DNA from: the human T2T-CHM13v2.0 reference genome, Homo sapiens
Reading direction: 5' to 3' (one strand)
Assembly: GCF_009914755.1 (NCBI RefSeq)
Contig: NC_060936.1
DNA length: 64,000 nucleotides
Below, in pieces: positions 36,074 through 50,912 of the stretch. The notes beneath the pieces were generated by a model. It was not told the origin of the DNA, searched no databases, and saw only the letters and a program-made list of their open reading frames with translations. A program made the translations under genes and the position numbers. The number at the start of each line of letters is the position of its first letter. Within the stretch, counting starts at the first letter, position 1.

Positions 36074-38202
36074 TTAGATTTATCCACAGAAAAGTGAATT
36101 GATGACAGTTTAAATATACATAAGCATATGCTTAATCTTTCTTGATCATACTGGTTTTACTTATGTTTTATAGAGAAATGAGAGGAATCTGGTTTAAACT
36201 GCAGTTCAGGGAATTTTGATTAGATATAATTGCCAGAAATTAAGGTACCAGATATTGAAGTGATTTGTAAGTAATGTAATTGATTTTTTTCAAGAGTTAA
36301 AAAGAGGGGGTGAGTGGAGGGTTATGAATTATGAAGCAGTTCATCAACATTGCCCTCAGATTAAAAAAAAACTAAAGAAAGATCTGTTTAGGAATGTGCA
36401 AATACAACCATATTCATGGATGGATGCTTAAAAATAGTCACGTACCTTTGTAGTTTTGTGTATAGGTGTGTGCTTTAAATTTTCACCTAACAAGGGAACT
36501 GTTGCAGATGTCCTTGCTTTTGACATAATGGCTCTGATTTAAGGCAACTAGCAGACTGTACTGAGAATCTCCCCTCCTTAGCTTTTTTTCTTAACTCTTC
36601 TTTTTCAGAATAATATAAATAATTCAGAAATCTTTGTCAGTGTTAAGAATTAACAGGAAATTAATGTGTATATTAAAAGACCTACCCAATGGTTTAAAAA
36701 AAAAAAAACAACCAGACCGTGGACACAACACAGTTTTTGAATGCCATCCTCTTGATTGTTTTAATATAATAAAACATGGCAGTTTTCTGTGCCCAAAATT
36801 TAGTTATGTTGCTATGCTTCTAACTATAGACATTCTTTCCTGGTTGTATTTGAACAAAATTACTGTAGTATAAGCCAAATTCCCCCTCATTGCTAGTGAA
36901 CCAAAAGAGCACATATACCTTCCTAAGCACCAAATTTATAATCATACTTGTGAATAGAGTTCAGTGTTCTCTTTCCATGTCATTCTGCAAGAATCATATT
37001 TGGAATAATTTAGGACAGCTTTACTAAATTTATTAATGTAATACTTGTTATAAGGATGTGCTTAAGTTCTAGATTTTCTGTGCTTACAGTGCAAACGTGT
37101 TCTTTGTGAAATAAGAGACAGAATTTTACCTGTAATGGTGATATAATAATGCCTTGTCTTTTAAAATGCTATTAATTTTCGAAATATCTTTATATCCAGA
37201 GTTTTTTTTGGTTTTCATAGTAGCTCTGTGAAGTGGGTGTCCTAATCTTACAAATGAGGGAATGTAGGCACAGAAAGGTTGACTGACGGTCAAAGGCATG
37301 CAGCATTGTAAAATAACAAAGTATTGTTGTTTTCACAGCTAACATGTACTAGTGCTTACTATATGTTAAACACTGTTTTAAGATTTTTGCGTGTATTAAT
37401 TCATAAGTGATTGGGCTTTGGTGTCAGATCAAAATTTAAGTCTAGCCCTTCTGATAAGTTCTTGACCTTGGGAAAGCTACCTAACCCTTTTAAGCCTTGG
37501 TTTCCTTATTTGGAACACAGAAATAATGGTAGTATGTACCTGATTGGTTGTTTGGATTAAATGAGATAATCCAAATGACTCTATGTGTGGCATACAGTAA
37601 GGTAAATTAGTTTGCTATAGAAAAATAGGGTGGTGGTAGACAGCATTTAGTGTAATTTTTAGCCTCTTGGTAAAATTGTTTTCTTTTTTACTAAGTATCA
37701 TAGTCAATGCAGTTATATATAATGTTTTTAAGAGCTTAATGAGTTGGTACACTGATTCTTTAATATGTTTAACTTCATTTCAAAGCTTATGACTTTTCAT
37801 TGATAGTTAATAGGTAGATCACTATCATTTCTCTTAATTTTATGTGCAGTCATTAAATTCATTGCAGGATAAGGGTTGCAGAATGCTTATAAGTGGAATG
37901 AAGAATGAGAGGAATAGAGATATTTCTGACTTAATTGGCCAAAGTCCCCTAGAATACATTTTAAAAGAGTCGGGCAAAGAGAGTATATATTCACCTAAAA
38001 GAAGTGGTTTATGGTAGAATTAGTTCAGCCCTGGGCAGTTTTCCAAGCCAGAGATAAAGCATGGCGTATATTTGAGCTCCTGGAGAAAAGAAAGGGTTAA
38101 TAAAGAAGAGGGACAGGATTGCCACCCACCTTAAAGTGAGATGTAGCAGCATCTCACAAGGAGTGTAAGCCAACACCTGGCATGCTGATTTTATATATAA
38201 AA

Positions 38203-38255
38203 TTGAAGTTCAGAGTTGAAATTGTTGCATTTGAAGTTCAGAGTTGAAATTGTTG
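38203..38255. repeat. 25-bp direct duplication (period 28)
   Basis: TTGAAGTTCAGAGTTGAAATTGTTG at 38203 and 38231. Confidence 0.9.
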
Positions 38256-39087
38256 ACTGTGGGTACATGGTTTTGGAAATGTTCATTTTGGCTATCAATC
38301 ATATTCTCTAGTTAATATGTAGATTAAAATGAGACTATTCCCATAACCCCTAATAAAATGCCTGGTACAGAGTAGGTTTTCAGTAAATTTTAGTGTCCCT
38401 GTTTGAGTGAGTTTGAGTTTTTTTGTGCTGTGAAGGGTAAATAAATTGACCAGAAATTTTTCAAAAATACATTGAAATCTCTTGTAACTCTGGACTGTAA
38501 TTTATCACTGTAATGTCACTGTTCTGTGATTCTGTGGCATGCTTGTTCATACTGTTGATTTTCTGATTTACTGATTTTTCTGAACTGGTTTTGGAGGGGT
38601 CTTGTGGAATAGGAAGATATGGGGGATGGATTTTGAAGACAGTCAGCTCTTCAAGAGGAATTATGGTGAGTGAGGTTTAGGAAATGTCACTGGGGATGGA
38701 GAATTAGTCTGCTACTGGCCAAAATGGGTTTTTAGAGGTGGAATGGAACCTTAGAGGTGGTTTAATCTAACCCCTCATTTTACAGCTATGGAGATAAGTA
38801 TAGAGAAGTGAGTTGTGCAAGTATTATCGCTGTAGTAGAGAAGCCAGAAACATCATAGAACTTAGACTATCACATTTTTACTTTTTCTTCTGAAAAAGAA
38901 TGATAACATGTGCATATTATATTACTTTTTAAAATTGATGTTATATGTTAAATACTTTTTATTCAATCTTTTAGACTTTTGAGTTTGTTTAAATAGATTA
39001 ACTGAACTAACTGTGCTGCCAGAAAGCTCATAAGGAATATTATTCTTTAGAAATGAGAAATTCTCAATGTTTTTCTTCTGTTTTTAG

Positions 39088-39182
39088 GTTAAATCAGCAA
39101 ACAAAGAAAACATGGTATTTTGAAATATGATTAAACTCCTGATGCTGCAGCAGAGGCTAAGAATATTAATGGCCAGATCTAG
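39088..39182 (+). other. FRS2: FRS2 non-coding 5'UTR exon (95 nt)
   Basis: Strong pyrimidine tract and ttttag| at 39087; donor TAG|gtaagt at 39183. Confidence 0.85.
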
Positions 39183-39232
39183 GTAAGTTGAAGTTTATTT
39201 ATGTTTTACATCACTAAGCCTACATTTACAAT

Positions 39233-39900
39233 TATTTTTTATTTTTATTTTAAATACAGATGAAGTCCTGTTATGTTGCCCAGGCGGTTTCTAACTCTTG
39301 AGCTCAAGCGATTCTCCACCTCAGCTTCCCAAAGTGTTAGGATTACAGGCGTGAGCCACCACTCCTGGCCTATAATTTTTTAATGAGAGAATTTAATAAT
39401 GTTTTCTTGAACTGCAACCATTTTTCTTCCTGATTGCTGACACCACCCCCCTGCTCCCAAAGGATGAAGATAAATGGCTTTAATTAACTAAGACATGTTT
39501 ACTAATTTAAAGTATTCAGCAAACTTGTTATAGCATTGCTCTTCCCAAACAAAAGCTACCTTTTATTTTATTTGTATTTTTAATTTAATTTAATTTTAAT
39601 TTTATTTTATTTTTTGAGACAGAGCCTTGCTTTGTCGTCCAGGCTTGGAGTGCAGTGGCATATCATAGCTCACTGCAGCCTCGACCACCTGGGTTTAAGT
39701 GATCCTCCCACCTCAACCTCCCAAGTAGCTGGGACTACAGGTGTGTGCCACTGTGCCCAGCTAATTTTCTATTTTTTGTGGAGACAGAGTCTCACTGTGT
39801 TGCCCAGGCTGGTCTTGAACTCCTGGGCTTAATTAAGCAGTCCTCCCACGACAGCCTCCCAAAGTGCTGGGATTACAGGTGTGAGCCACCACACCCGGCC
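39233..39900 (-). mobile_element. Alu monomer (39233-39370) and AluJ (39560-39900)
   Basis: Alu consensus. Confidence 0.88.
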
Positions 39901-41878
39901 TACCTTTTGTTCTTAAATGTACCCTACTTACTTTTGTATGTTGCTGTCTTGAGTGAGCATAATAAAATCATTTGTGTTTTTGCTGAGTTACAAACCTGGA
40001 GGAGTGTATGCAAATGAGATCACATGGTTGTTCCTCAAGTGTTTACAATATTAATGCATATTATTAGGTGTCACATAGCTCAGATGTAGTCTTCAAATAT
40101 TAATCTGGTGGTCATAAATGCAGAATATCTAGTATCTAGCCTTTTCCCTTGCCTCAGAGTTTGTGGTTTAGGAGAAAGAATCAGATATGTGGATGAAAAC
40201 TTCACATTAAAGAAGTTTCCTTTCAGGAATTGGAAGATTGGCCACAACTGCCCATGTTCCAGCTGTGTCTATCCCTCACTCATGCTAAGCCTGTTCTTTA
40301 GCCTTACTGAGGCCACCTGTTTTTTTGTTTTGTTTTGGGGTTTTGCCCCATTTTGTATTTTGTTAGCTCTCTTCTTTCTTTACTTCTTTCCTGACTGGAT
40401 GTCATGATCTGTCACTTCAAACCCCTGTATTGCCAACATACTTTAGTATCCTTGCCCTCTTACCCTCTGACCGTGGGTCAGTTGAACTGTCTATCCTGTG
40501 GACTGCTGAGCACTGCTAGCAAAACAGCATAATCTTGCCTCTGCAGCCTCTGCTGAGTTCTCATCTCAGCCTACTTAATAATCCTGCTCTCTTTTCTTGG
40601 GTAGCTCCTTGGTGACTAATCCTGCCATTCTCAAGTCCCTCATTCTACAAGCCTTGCGTTCTCTTTTACAAAGGAAATGCAGGGTGATAAATATTACCTA
40701 CTTCAGCCTCTTTTCTATATTCGACCCACCCTTATGTCTTTCCTCTCTCCTCAGAGAATGAAGCATTCCTCCTTCTCTGGGTAAACCTCTCAATCTGGGC
40801 CCTGGAACTCATCTCTACTATCCCCCTCTGTCTTGATCCATCAATTAGCCCTTCTCTTTTCTTTGTTTTTCCTATGTTTTTAAACTTTCTTGACCTACTG
40901 ATTATAAGCCTGCATAAATCTATGTCATCTTAAAATACGTAACTCAAGTAATGTATTCTCTTTTGAATATATTCACACCGTAGCCCTCTCTATTCTTTAT
41001 TTTCTCAACCAGTTCTTCAAAGACCAGTTTCCATCCTCTAGGGGTTACCTCTTTATCTTCCACTTGCTCATTGTAGTTTGGCATCTGTCTCTGCCATGGA
41101 TGGTGCCCTCCTGCTTGATGCTTACTTTTCTTAGTTTGTACTATTCTGATCTTTTTTTTTTTTTAATTCCTTCACTGGCTTCTCTCTACTCCTGTATTTA
41201 AACACATTTGTATTTCCCCAGAATTTCAACCACAGACCAGTCTTCATACTATCCTTGAGCCAGTGTTCAAGAGCTTAAAATGTGACATGTGTTCTAATGT
41301 TTTACCTTCTCCCTCAAACACATACTTATGTACTTAACTATTGCACTTGGACATTTCCCTGGGCTCTCAGTTTAACATATCTGAACAAATCATTATCACT
41401 TCCTCTTGAAGACTACAGTTTTTTGTATCTCAGGTAATAGACCCCTGGCACCCTTTGTCTGCCATGCTGGAAACTGCCTCTGTTTTCCATTATGTCAAGT
41501 CAGTTCTTTGGTGCCACTGACTTTTCCTCTTAAATGTTCCTTAAATTTATTCTTTTCTTCTTCATTCCTACCATTGCTGCTCTTGTTTTAGGTTTTTATC
41601 ATATTTCATTTTTTAATAATCTCAAACTGATTTTCTTTCCTCTGAGCTAAACTCCTACTTAAATTTATCATACATATGTTTATTTAAAATGCACTTCTGA
41701 CCGTCTCACTTTTCTACTTAAAATACATCAGTGGTTTTCCATCATGTGTAGGATAAATTCCTTTCTCTTTGGCATGGCATACAAGGCTTTCATATCACAT
41801 ATTAGGCATTTCATTAATTATTGTTGTATTGAACTCAAACATTCAGTGTGGATAGAGTCCCCAAGTAGGTTGCACTGC

Positions 41879-43068
41879 CACTCATATATCACTTAATGGT
41901 GGAGATTCCTTCTGAGAAATGTGTCATTAGACAGTTTCGTCACTGCGCAAACGTCATAGAGTGTACTTACACAAACCTAAATGGTATAGCCTACTATACA
42001 CCTAGGATATATGGTATAGCCTATAGCTCCTACTCAACAAATCTGAGCAACATCACTGTACTGAATACTATAGGCAGTTGTAACACAATGGTAAGTATCT
42101 GCATTTCTAAACATAGAAAAGGTACAGTAAGAAAACTATAAAAGAGAAAAAATGGTACACTTGTATAAGGCACTTGCCGTGGATGGAGGTTACAGAACTG
42201 GAAGTTGCTCTTGGGTGAGTTGGTTAGTGGGTGGTGAGTGAATGTGAAGGCCTAGAATGTTATCGTACACTACTGTAGGCTTTATAAAACTGTACTCTTA
42301 GGCTACGCTGTTTGTTTAAATAATTTTTTCTTCAATAATAAATTAGCTTACTATAACTTTTTTACTTTATAACCTTTTAATTTTTTGAAACTTTTTGACT
42401 CTCTTATAATATTTAGCTTAAAACACACACATTCTACAGCAGTACAGAAGTATTTTTTTATATCCTTTAAGATTTTTTTCTGTTTTTAAAATTTTTAATT
42501 TTTTTTTAACCTTTAAAACTTCTGTTAAAAACTAAGACAAAGACACAAACACACACATTAGCATGGGCCTATACAGGGTGAAAATCATCCATATCACGGT
42601 CTTCTCCTCCTACATGTTGTCCCACTGGAAAGTCTTCAGGGGCAATAACATGGAGCTGTCATCTAGGAAAACTGCACCTTCTTCTGGAATACCTCCTGAA
42701 GGACTTGCCTGAGGCTGTTTTACAGTTAATTTTTTTTTTAATAAGTAGAAGGAGTATACTCTGATATAATAGTAAGATACATAGTATAGTAAATACATAA
42801 ACCAATTACATAGTCATTTATCATTATCAAGTATTACGTACTATACATAATTGAATGTGCTATAGTTTTATACACTGGCAGTGCAGTAGGTTTTTTTTTT
42901 ATACCAGCATTATCTCAAACACATGAATAATGTGTTGCACTGTGATGCTGTGATAGCTATAGTGTCAGTAGCTGACAGGAATTTTTCAGCTCCCTTGTAA
43001 TCTCAGGGAACCACTGTCATATATGTAGTCTGTTGCCAACCAAACATTTGTTATGTGGCTCATGACTG
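41879..43068. mobile_element. Tigger3b/MER7-type DNA transposon (~1.2 kb)
   Basis: Internal ttctgagaaatgtgtcattag...acacaaacctaaatggtatagcctactatacacctagg; right TIR catgactg followed by TA. Confidence 0.8.
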
Positions 43069-43414
43069 TATATCCCTGCCAGCACGAGAGGTTCTACCTT
43101 AACAGGTAGCTTATGAAGATGCCAAGTGGAAGGATGATTTTCCTGCTCCTTTTGAGAAAAAAAAAAGTTTAAAAACATTCCTTTGGAGCATCATCTTTTG
43201 AAGCAAAAGCCATACTGTAGTAATCTTTTAGCTCTTCATATTTCACAAGGAGGTCGGGGAGAACAAATATGTACTTTCAAGAAGACTTTTAAAAAATGTC
43301 TCTATCAATTATCCCTTTACTTAAAATTTCTTATATTACTCATCCTATAATTTATTAATATTAAACATTTACTATTTTTTAAAAAATTAAATGTTTATAG
43401 AATATGTGCCATGT

Positions 43415-43535
43415 CTGAGGCAGGAGAATCTCTTGAACCTGGGGGGCGGATATTGCAGTGAGCCGAGATCACGCCATAGCACTCCAGCCTGAGCAACAAG
43501 AGCGAAATTCCGTCTTGGGGGATTTAAAAAAAAAA
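43415..43535 (+). mobile_element. 5'-truncated Alu right arm
   Basis: 16-bp TSD AGAATATGTGCCATGT at 43399 and 43535. Confidence 0.9.
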
Positions 43536-45318
43536 GAATATGTGCCATGTAAGTTGGTATGCTTAGTGCCCTGGAAAATGAACAAGACAAGATTTCCTGT
43601 CTTTAAAGAGATCACAGCAAAGTGGATGGTGCAGAAAGATAAACATTGCAGTAGAGTACGATAAAGGCCACAATAGAGTTATGCCATTCTATTGTGGGAA
43701 CACTAGAGGCAGGCTATCTTCGAGTTAACTGGAAGATCAAGTCTCAAATCTAGGGAACATGTCCCTAGCTTGTTCAGGCTGCTTTATGGTTGGGCCCCAT
43801 TTGTCTTCCAGTCTACCCTGTAGTCCAGTCATACTGAACGCCTCACTTTCTCCTGAATGTGGTGTGACACTTCATGACTTTTGTCTGTCTCAGGTGCTTA
43901 TTTCTCTTTATTTTGCTTAGCATGTTGTTTCTGCTCTTCTTTTAAATCCCAGCTCAATTAGTGCTTCCTGTCCTGCCTAACCCAGAAAGTTAGTTGTTCC
44001 CTTTCATGTGCCCACAGTACTCTGCTCATATCCTAATATAAGGTTTATCGCAGTGCATTATCTATTTACATCTCTCTCTCTCTCTTTCTCTCTCTCCCCC
44101 TTGATACTCACAGCTCTTCAAAGACAAAGATGGTGACTTATGTGTCCTTGTACTATGATACTTAGCTGGCATATTAGTTAAAGCAAAAATACCAAATATC
44201 ATGAGTCTTAATTAACTTTACTATTATATGTTATCATATACACTCTTGGTTTATACGCTAGTACACTTTTTCATTTTCTTAATACTTATACCTGCTAGGG
44301 ATCCTTCACATTTGTTTAATACAGTCCATTTAAATCACAGGTCCTATAGCACCTTCTGTATGCTAGGTATCGTGTTAGGTACTAGGAATGTAAAAATGAG
44401 TAAGGTTCATCCTTGCTGACAAGGGGCTCACAATGGAGGAGAAAAGACAGATAAACAGATACCTGCCACAATTTCTACTCAGTACAAAGTGTGATAGATG
44501 CTATGATACTAGGAAGCCCAGGGTGCTTTGGGTTAGCATATGCATGACGGTCATACATAATAGTATAACTTGCCTAGTTGCTTGGAGTCAGGGAAAGCAT
44601 CCTAGAGGAACTGCACTTTGAGTTGAATCTTGAGAAAGGAAAGAAGCAGAAAGGGAGCAGCTTGGAAGGATGTGAGAGACCAGGATGCTCTGGGGAAACT
44701 GCAGCTTGTTTATTCTGACAGGACTAAGAATAGGGCTTGAAACAGAAAGCAGGGAGAGTCTAGACTGGATCTGTTAGACAGGGATTACATTGTATCTGAT
44801 CGGATCTATCATACTGAAGAGTTTATACTGTTAAACTGAAGATAGTGGAGAGCCACTGAATAATTTTCAACAAGCTTCAATCAAATTTATGTTTGTAATG
44901 TTTTGTAGCTTCTGTGCTTCCTTCCCTCCTCCTTTTTCATATATTGTCATATTCTATCTGATTATTTCCCTTGTTTGTAAGTGATGCTTTGGAGTTTTCT
45001 TTGTCTGCTCAGTTGGAGTGTTCTTAAACACTCAATGTCAGGTATATAACCACTTACCTCTAACCTTCTATGGGAAAGGAGTATTAAATAGACATGCTAT
45101 ATCAGTTTTGCCAGTATTCTGTGTGTTACTTTACTGCTTAATTTTGAGTTGTCTTTCTCTCTTACCAATGCGCTATTCGAAATTTGATTTTGTTTTAATT
45201 ACCAATGAACTCTTGTCTTGTGGAGACATAAAAGATACTACAATGAGTAACAACAGTCAAAATACCTGCCAAGCCAGAAGTTCACCATCCCTTTGGTGAT
45301 TTTTTATTTAAAGAACAA

Positions 45319-45463
45319 GCCAGGTCTGGTAGTCCTGTAGTCCCAGCTACTCAGGAGGCTGAGGCAGGAGGATCACTTGAGCCCAGGAGTTTGAGCCCAG
45401 CCTTGGGCAACATAATGTCTGCCTGCCTGCCTGCCTGCCTGCCTGTCTCTGTGTCTCTGGCTG

Positions 45464-45495
<32 letters not shown>

Positions 45496-45522
45496 TGTCC
45501 CTCTCTGTCTCTCTCTCTCTCT
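45319..45522 (+). repeat. Alu monomer followed by (GCCT)n/(CT)n microsatellite
   Basis: Direct reading. Confidence 0.8.
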
Positions 45523-45938
45523 TTAAAGAAGGACATGAAATTCCTGATAAGCCACAAAGGGTTAATTTCATTATTAACTCTTGAACAAAAATTAATTATT
45601 TAGGTAATATTATATATGAGACCTTAAGTTGGTTTTTTTTTTAGATGATTTTAGAATAGGTGACCTTTGCAAATTTAACTAGAAATTTGAGATTTGTTTG
45701 ACATTATTAATGCCTCACAAAATTTATTCTCATTATTACTGAGTAAAATCAACTAGCTAGTTGTATAAAATCTAGCTGCAGCCATATACCTTGTTGGACT
45801 TAATTTTCTGCATCAGAATAATGTTTGTGTTAGATGATTTCTAAAGTCTTTTTCTGTTTACAGTTTTTGTATCCTTCATCTAATAAATTTTTCCAAATTA
45901 TTTTTCATGTAGTGCACACATGGTCTTCTGAAGAAGCC

Positions 45939-46004
45939 ATGGGTAGCTGTTGTAGCTGTCCAGATAAAGACACTGTCCCAGATAACCATCGGAACAAGTT
46001 TAAG
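45939..46004 (+). CDS. FRS2: FRS2 coding exon 1 (exon starts 45913): MGSCCSCPDKDTVPDNHRNKFK, myristoylation/palmitoylation N-terminus
   Basis: gccATGG Kozak context; acceptor at 45912; donor AAG|gtcagt; MGxxxS motif. Confidence 0.97.
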
Positions 46005-47238
46005 GTCAGTAAAACTGGTTGAGTTATATATCTTACTGCCTAGTTGGGTGTTCTTCTTTTATTTCACTTAACATATCTTATTTCTGGCTTTTATCACCAA
46101 ACCTTTCTATTTCCCTTTCTTTCCACCCTGTCTTTCTTGATTTAATAAATGATGACAACATTTTCTTACAGTATGGAATTTTTTTTAGTTTTCCTTCGGT
46201 CCTCTGTATCTAATTAGCCATACCGTTCTGGTAATACTGTTTTTAAAATGCCATTTTACGGGGTGCCTTTTCAATCTCATCACTATCTGTCTTTCAGTTA
46301 TTATTTTCATGTGTGCCTGTGTGATTTCTTAACTGGACTCTACCTCAAGTCACCCTCTGATTCATCCTGTAGTCACCATCAAATTAATCTTCTTCTCTCA
46401 TCATTCACTAACCTCTTTGCTAAAATTGTGTGGTGTTATTTTACCTGTAGGCTAAATGCTGCTATAGCTGTTTTGTGTCTGATAATTTGACCTCGATCTG
46501 TTACAAAGAATAGCCTTGATCACACAAACCTAGGTGTAAGTCTGTCACTTTATAAGCTTTGTGACCTTGGGCAGGTTACGTTATTACTGAGTCTTAATTC
46601 CATTTTTGTACAGTGTAGTCTAGGATTGTTATGAGGGTTAAATACATGTAAAGCTCTTTTCCTACTCCCAGGGGAATAGTAACTTCTCCCTAAATGTTAC
46701 CTACTGCTCTTAGTCTTTGGATGTTTTCTGAAGCTCAGCAGTACAAAGCCTTTCCTCATATGAACTCTGTGCCAATCTATTTTGGTGTCTTTGAAAGGTA
46801 CTTTTTTTGTTCTGCTTTAACATTGTGTCTTTATGATGTCCCTTTATCTCCTGACCCACTAGATTTCCCCTCTGATTTTATTTTCTGCGTAAATTTATTT
46901 ATACTAGCGGTCCAGCTAAAGGCCCTCCTCCTCTTAAATGAAGGTGTCTCAACAACCTTAGACCACACTTCCTGCCTTCTGCAGCCTCTGTTGCATTCCT
47001 TTGTCAATTAATCATACACTTTTGTGGTATTGACTTTGTGTTTCTACATTTTGTTTCCCCAGTGGGAATGTAAATTTCTTACAGATCTGAACTGGGTGTT
47101 ACACGGCTACGTAGTCCATGCCTGATACACACATTGGTTGATGAATGAACTAACAAATTACAAATAACTAATTAGCAACAATGCATTTTCCTGACGAATT
47201 GGTGACATATTTGCATGACTGTCACCTTCTTTTTTTAG

Positions 47239-47425
47239 GTCATTAATGTGGATGATGATGGGAATGAGTTAGGTTCTGGCATAATGGAACTTACAGACAC
47301 AGAACTGATTTTATACACCCGCAAACGTGACTCAGTAAAATGGCACTACCTCTGCCTGCGACGCTATGGCTATGACTCGAATCTCTTTTCTTTTGAAAGT
47401 GGTCGAAGGTGTCAAACTGGACAAG
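47239..47425 (+). CDS. FRS2: FRS2 coding exon 2, IRS-type PTB domain
   Basis: VINVDDDGNELGSG...LRRYGYDSNLFSFESGRRCQTGQ; AG/GT boundaries, phase 0 to 1. Confidence 0.97.
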
Positions 47426-48183
47426 GTAGAACCTTTGTTTTTTTTCCCAAATATTGTATTTGAAATTGTTTTTTCAGCTATTCTGTATACAAAGATTAAA
47501 TTAATATTTTTCTTCTGAAAAAAATCCCAAAATAAACAGATTGTTAAGGAAAGATATAGTATACTGTGTATTAATTTATCAACTGTTTATTAAGCACATT
47601 GTCTATGTGAGAAATTTTGGCTCATGTCAACTTTAAGATTTTTCAGTAAATGATTGGGTCAGCTAAATTGACTAAGTGTCTTTATCATTGATTTTTTTAC
47701 TACCTACTACTTGAATGGCCTTGACAAGTTACAGGACTTCCATTGAATGTTAAATTTCTTCTCTATAAAAGGGAAATGGTAATACCTATCTTTTAATTAT
47801 TGTAATAATTAAACAAGATAACAATTGGAAAACACCTAGGGACTTTCCAAGGGGCCTGTTACATGGCAAATGATCACCTTGGAATAGTGAGTTGGGCTCC
47901 CCCTGCTGTTAAGAAACAGACTAGCGTAAGTGCGCAGGTCTTGATTTCATTAGCTTTATTTTGGGCCATCTCCCTTAGATGAATGAAAATTATTCTGTGA
48001 ACTTTTGGCGGGGGTTTGTTTTGAAACAGAGAATAATCATTAATTTATCAGATATTTATTTAAAAGGGATTTCTGACTCGGTGCGTAGAATGCTTACTTT
48101 ACAATTCTGCTGTTTGTCAAGTGTTCCTATAGTTTTTTTTAAAGGTATGTTAACTATTTTTCCCTTTTGGTTTATATTTGTAG

Positions 48184-48342
48184 GAATCTTTGCCTTTAAG
48201 TGTGCCCGTGCAGAAGAATTATTTAACATGTTGCAAGAGATTATGCAAAATAATAGTATAAATGTGGTGGAAGAGCCAGTTGTAGAAAGAAATAATCATC
48301 AGACAGAATTGGAAGTCCCTAGAACACCTCGAACACCTACAA
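48184..48342 (+). CDS. FRS2: FRS2 coding exon 3, PTB C-terminus and PxTP cluster
   Basis: GIFAFKCARAEELFNMLQEIMQ...VPRTPRTPT; phase 1 to 1. Confidence 0.97.
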
Positions 48343-48487
48343 GTAAGTACCCCTTTTCCCTTTCACATTTTGAATAACAGACGTTTAGTTGTAAGCTATA
48401 GATTGTGGGTATTTAATCAATAACACACTAGAAATCACCACTGGATAACAGAAGTATAATGGTTGTCAGTTTTTAAAAACAGCTGTA

Positions 48488-48851
<364 letters not shown>

Positions 48852-49025
48852 TCAGTATTTCATATTAGGTAAAATATGGAGTTGGGGGTAATACTATTTG
48901 TGCTCTGATTTCTGCTGTCTTGGCAGAAAGACCTCCTATAATCCTCAGTACAGATTCGATTCTTACTCATTTTTATTCTCTCTGCCCCGCCCCCCTTTTC
49001 CTTAAACCAATAAACAAAAACTCAG

Positions 49026-49189
49026 CTCCAGGATTTGCTGCTCAGAACTTACCTAATGGATATCCCCGATATCCCTCATTTGGAGATGCTTCATCCCATC
49101 CGTCAAGCAGACATCCTTCTGTGGGAAGTGCTCGCCTGCCTTCAGTAGGGGAAGAATCTACACATCCTTTGCTTGTGGCTGAGGAACAA
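49026..49189 (+). CDS. FRS2: FRS2 coding exon 4
   Basis: TPGFAAQNLPNGYPRYPSFG...LLVAEEQ; ctcag| and CAA|gtaagc; phase 1 to 0. Confidence 0.95.
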
Positions 49190-49703
49190 GTAAGCATGTG
49201 CTACTGTGTAACAGCAATAATGATTGTTCAGAGTTAGGGTATCACTGTGCTAATACTGGAAGATTTTATTCAGCTTGAAGTTTAACTTTATCTGTTTGTA
49301 AATTACTTTTGTAGTGAACAATCAGAGGAGATAGCATATATTTGCTGGTTTATGCTCAAATATATGCGGGTATTCAGGGGAACTTACCATTACAGTAGCT
49401 TGTGGGTTCACAGAAGAGGTACATCTATAGATTAAGAAAGGCATAACTAATGGTCAGTTCCCATTATAAGAATGTCCAATGGATTAAGAGTTTATGCTGC
49501 TTTTCATATTTTAGCCATTATAGTCAGTGAACTACGAGTAGGAAGGTAGATTTTGCTGTTAATGTTATGGAGTTATTTAGTGTTCCCGAGTATGCTAGTT
49601 TTCATGTGTGGAATGAAGTATCTGGTTGGAACCTCTGTATTAATTAGTTATACTTATGTTTTGTAAACCATATGTCACATTAAAAAGTTTTTAGTGTTTT
49701 TAA

Positions 49704-50707
<1,004 letters not shown>

Positions 50708-50912
50708 TAGGAAGACATTTCTACATTTCTCCTTCTCTTTCCACCTTTTTATTAATAAAAAAACAGGTGCAAAAGTTTTGAAGTAAGAGTACATTTGGAG
50801 AGAAAGTTAATACAGTTAACTGTTGTCAATAAAATTAACTGATGTGGTCAGGCTTTTTTTCAGTTTTGTTTTTTTAAGTAAGTTAACTAATTCACTTTCT
50901 GTTTTGTTTTAG

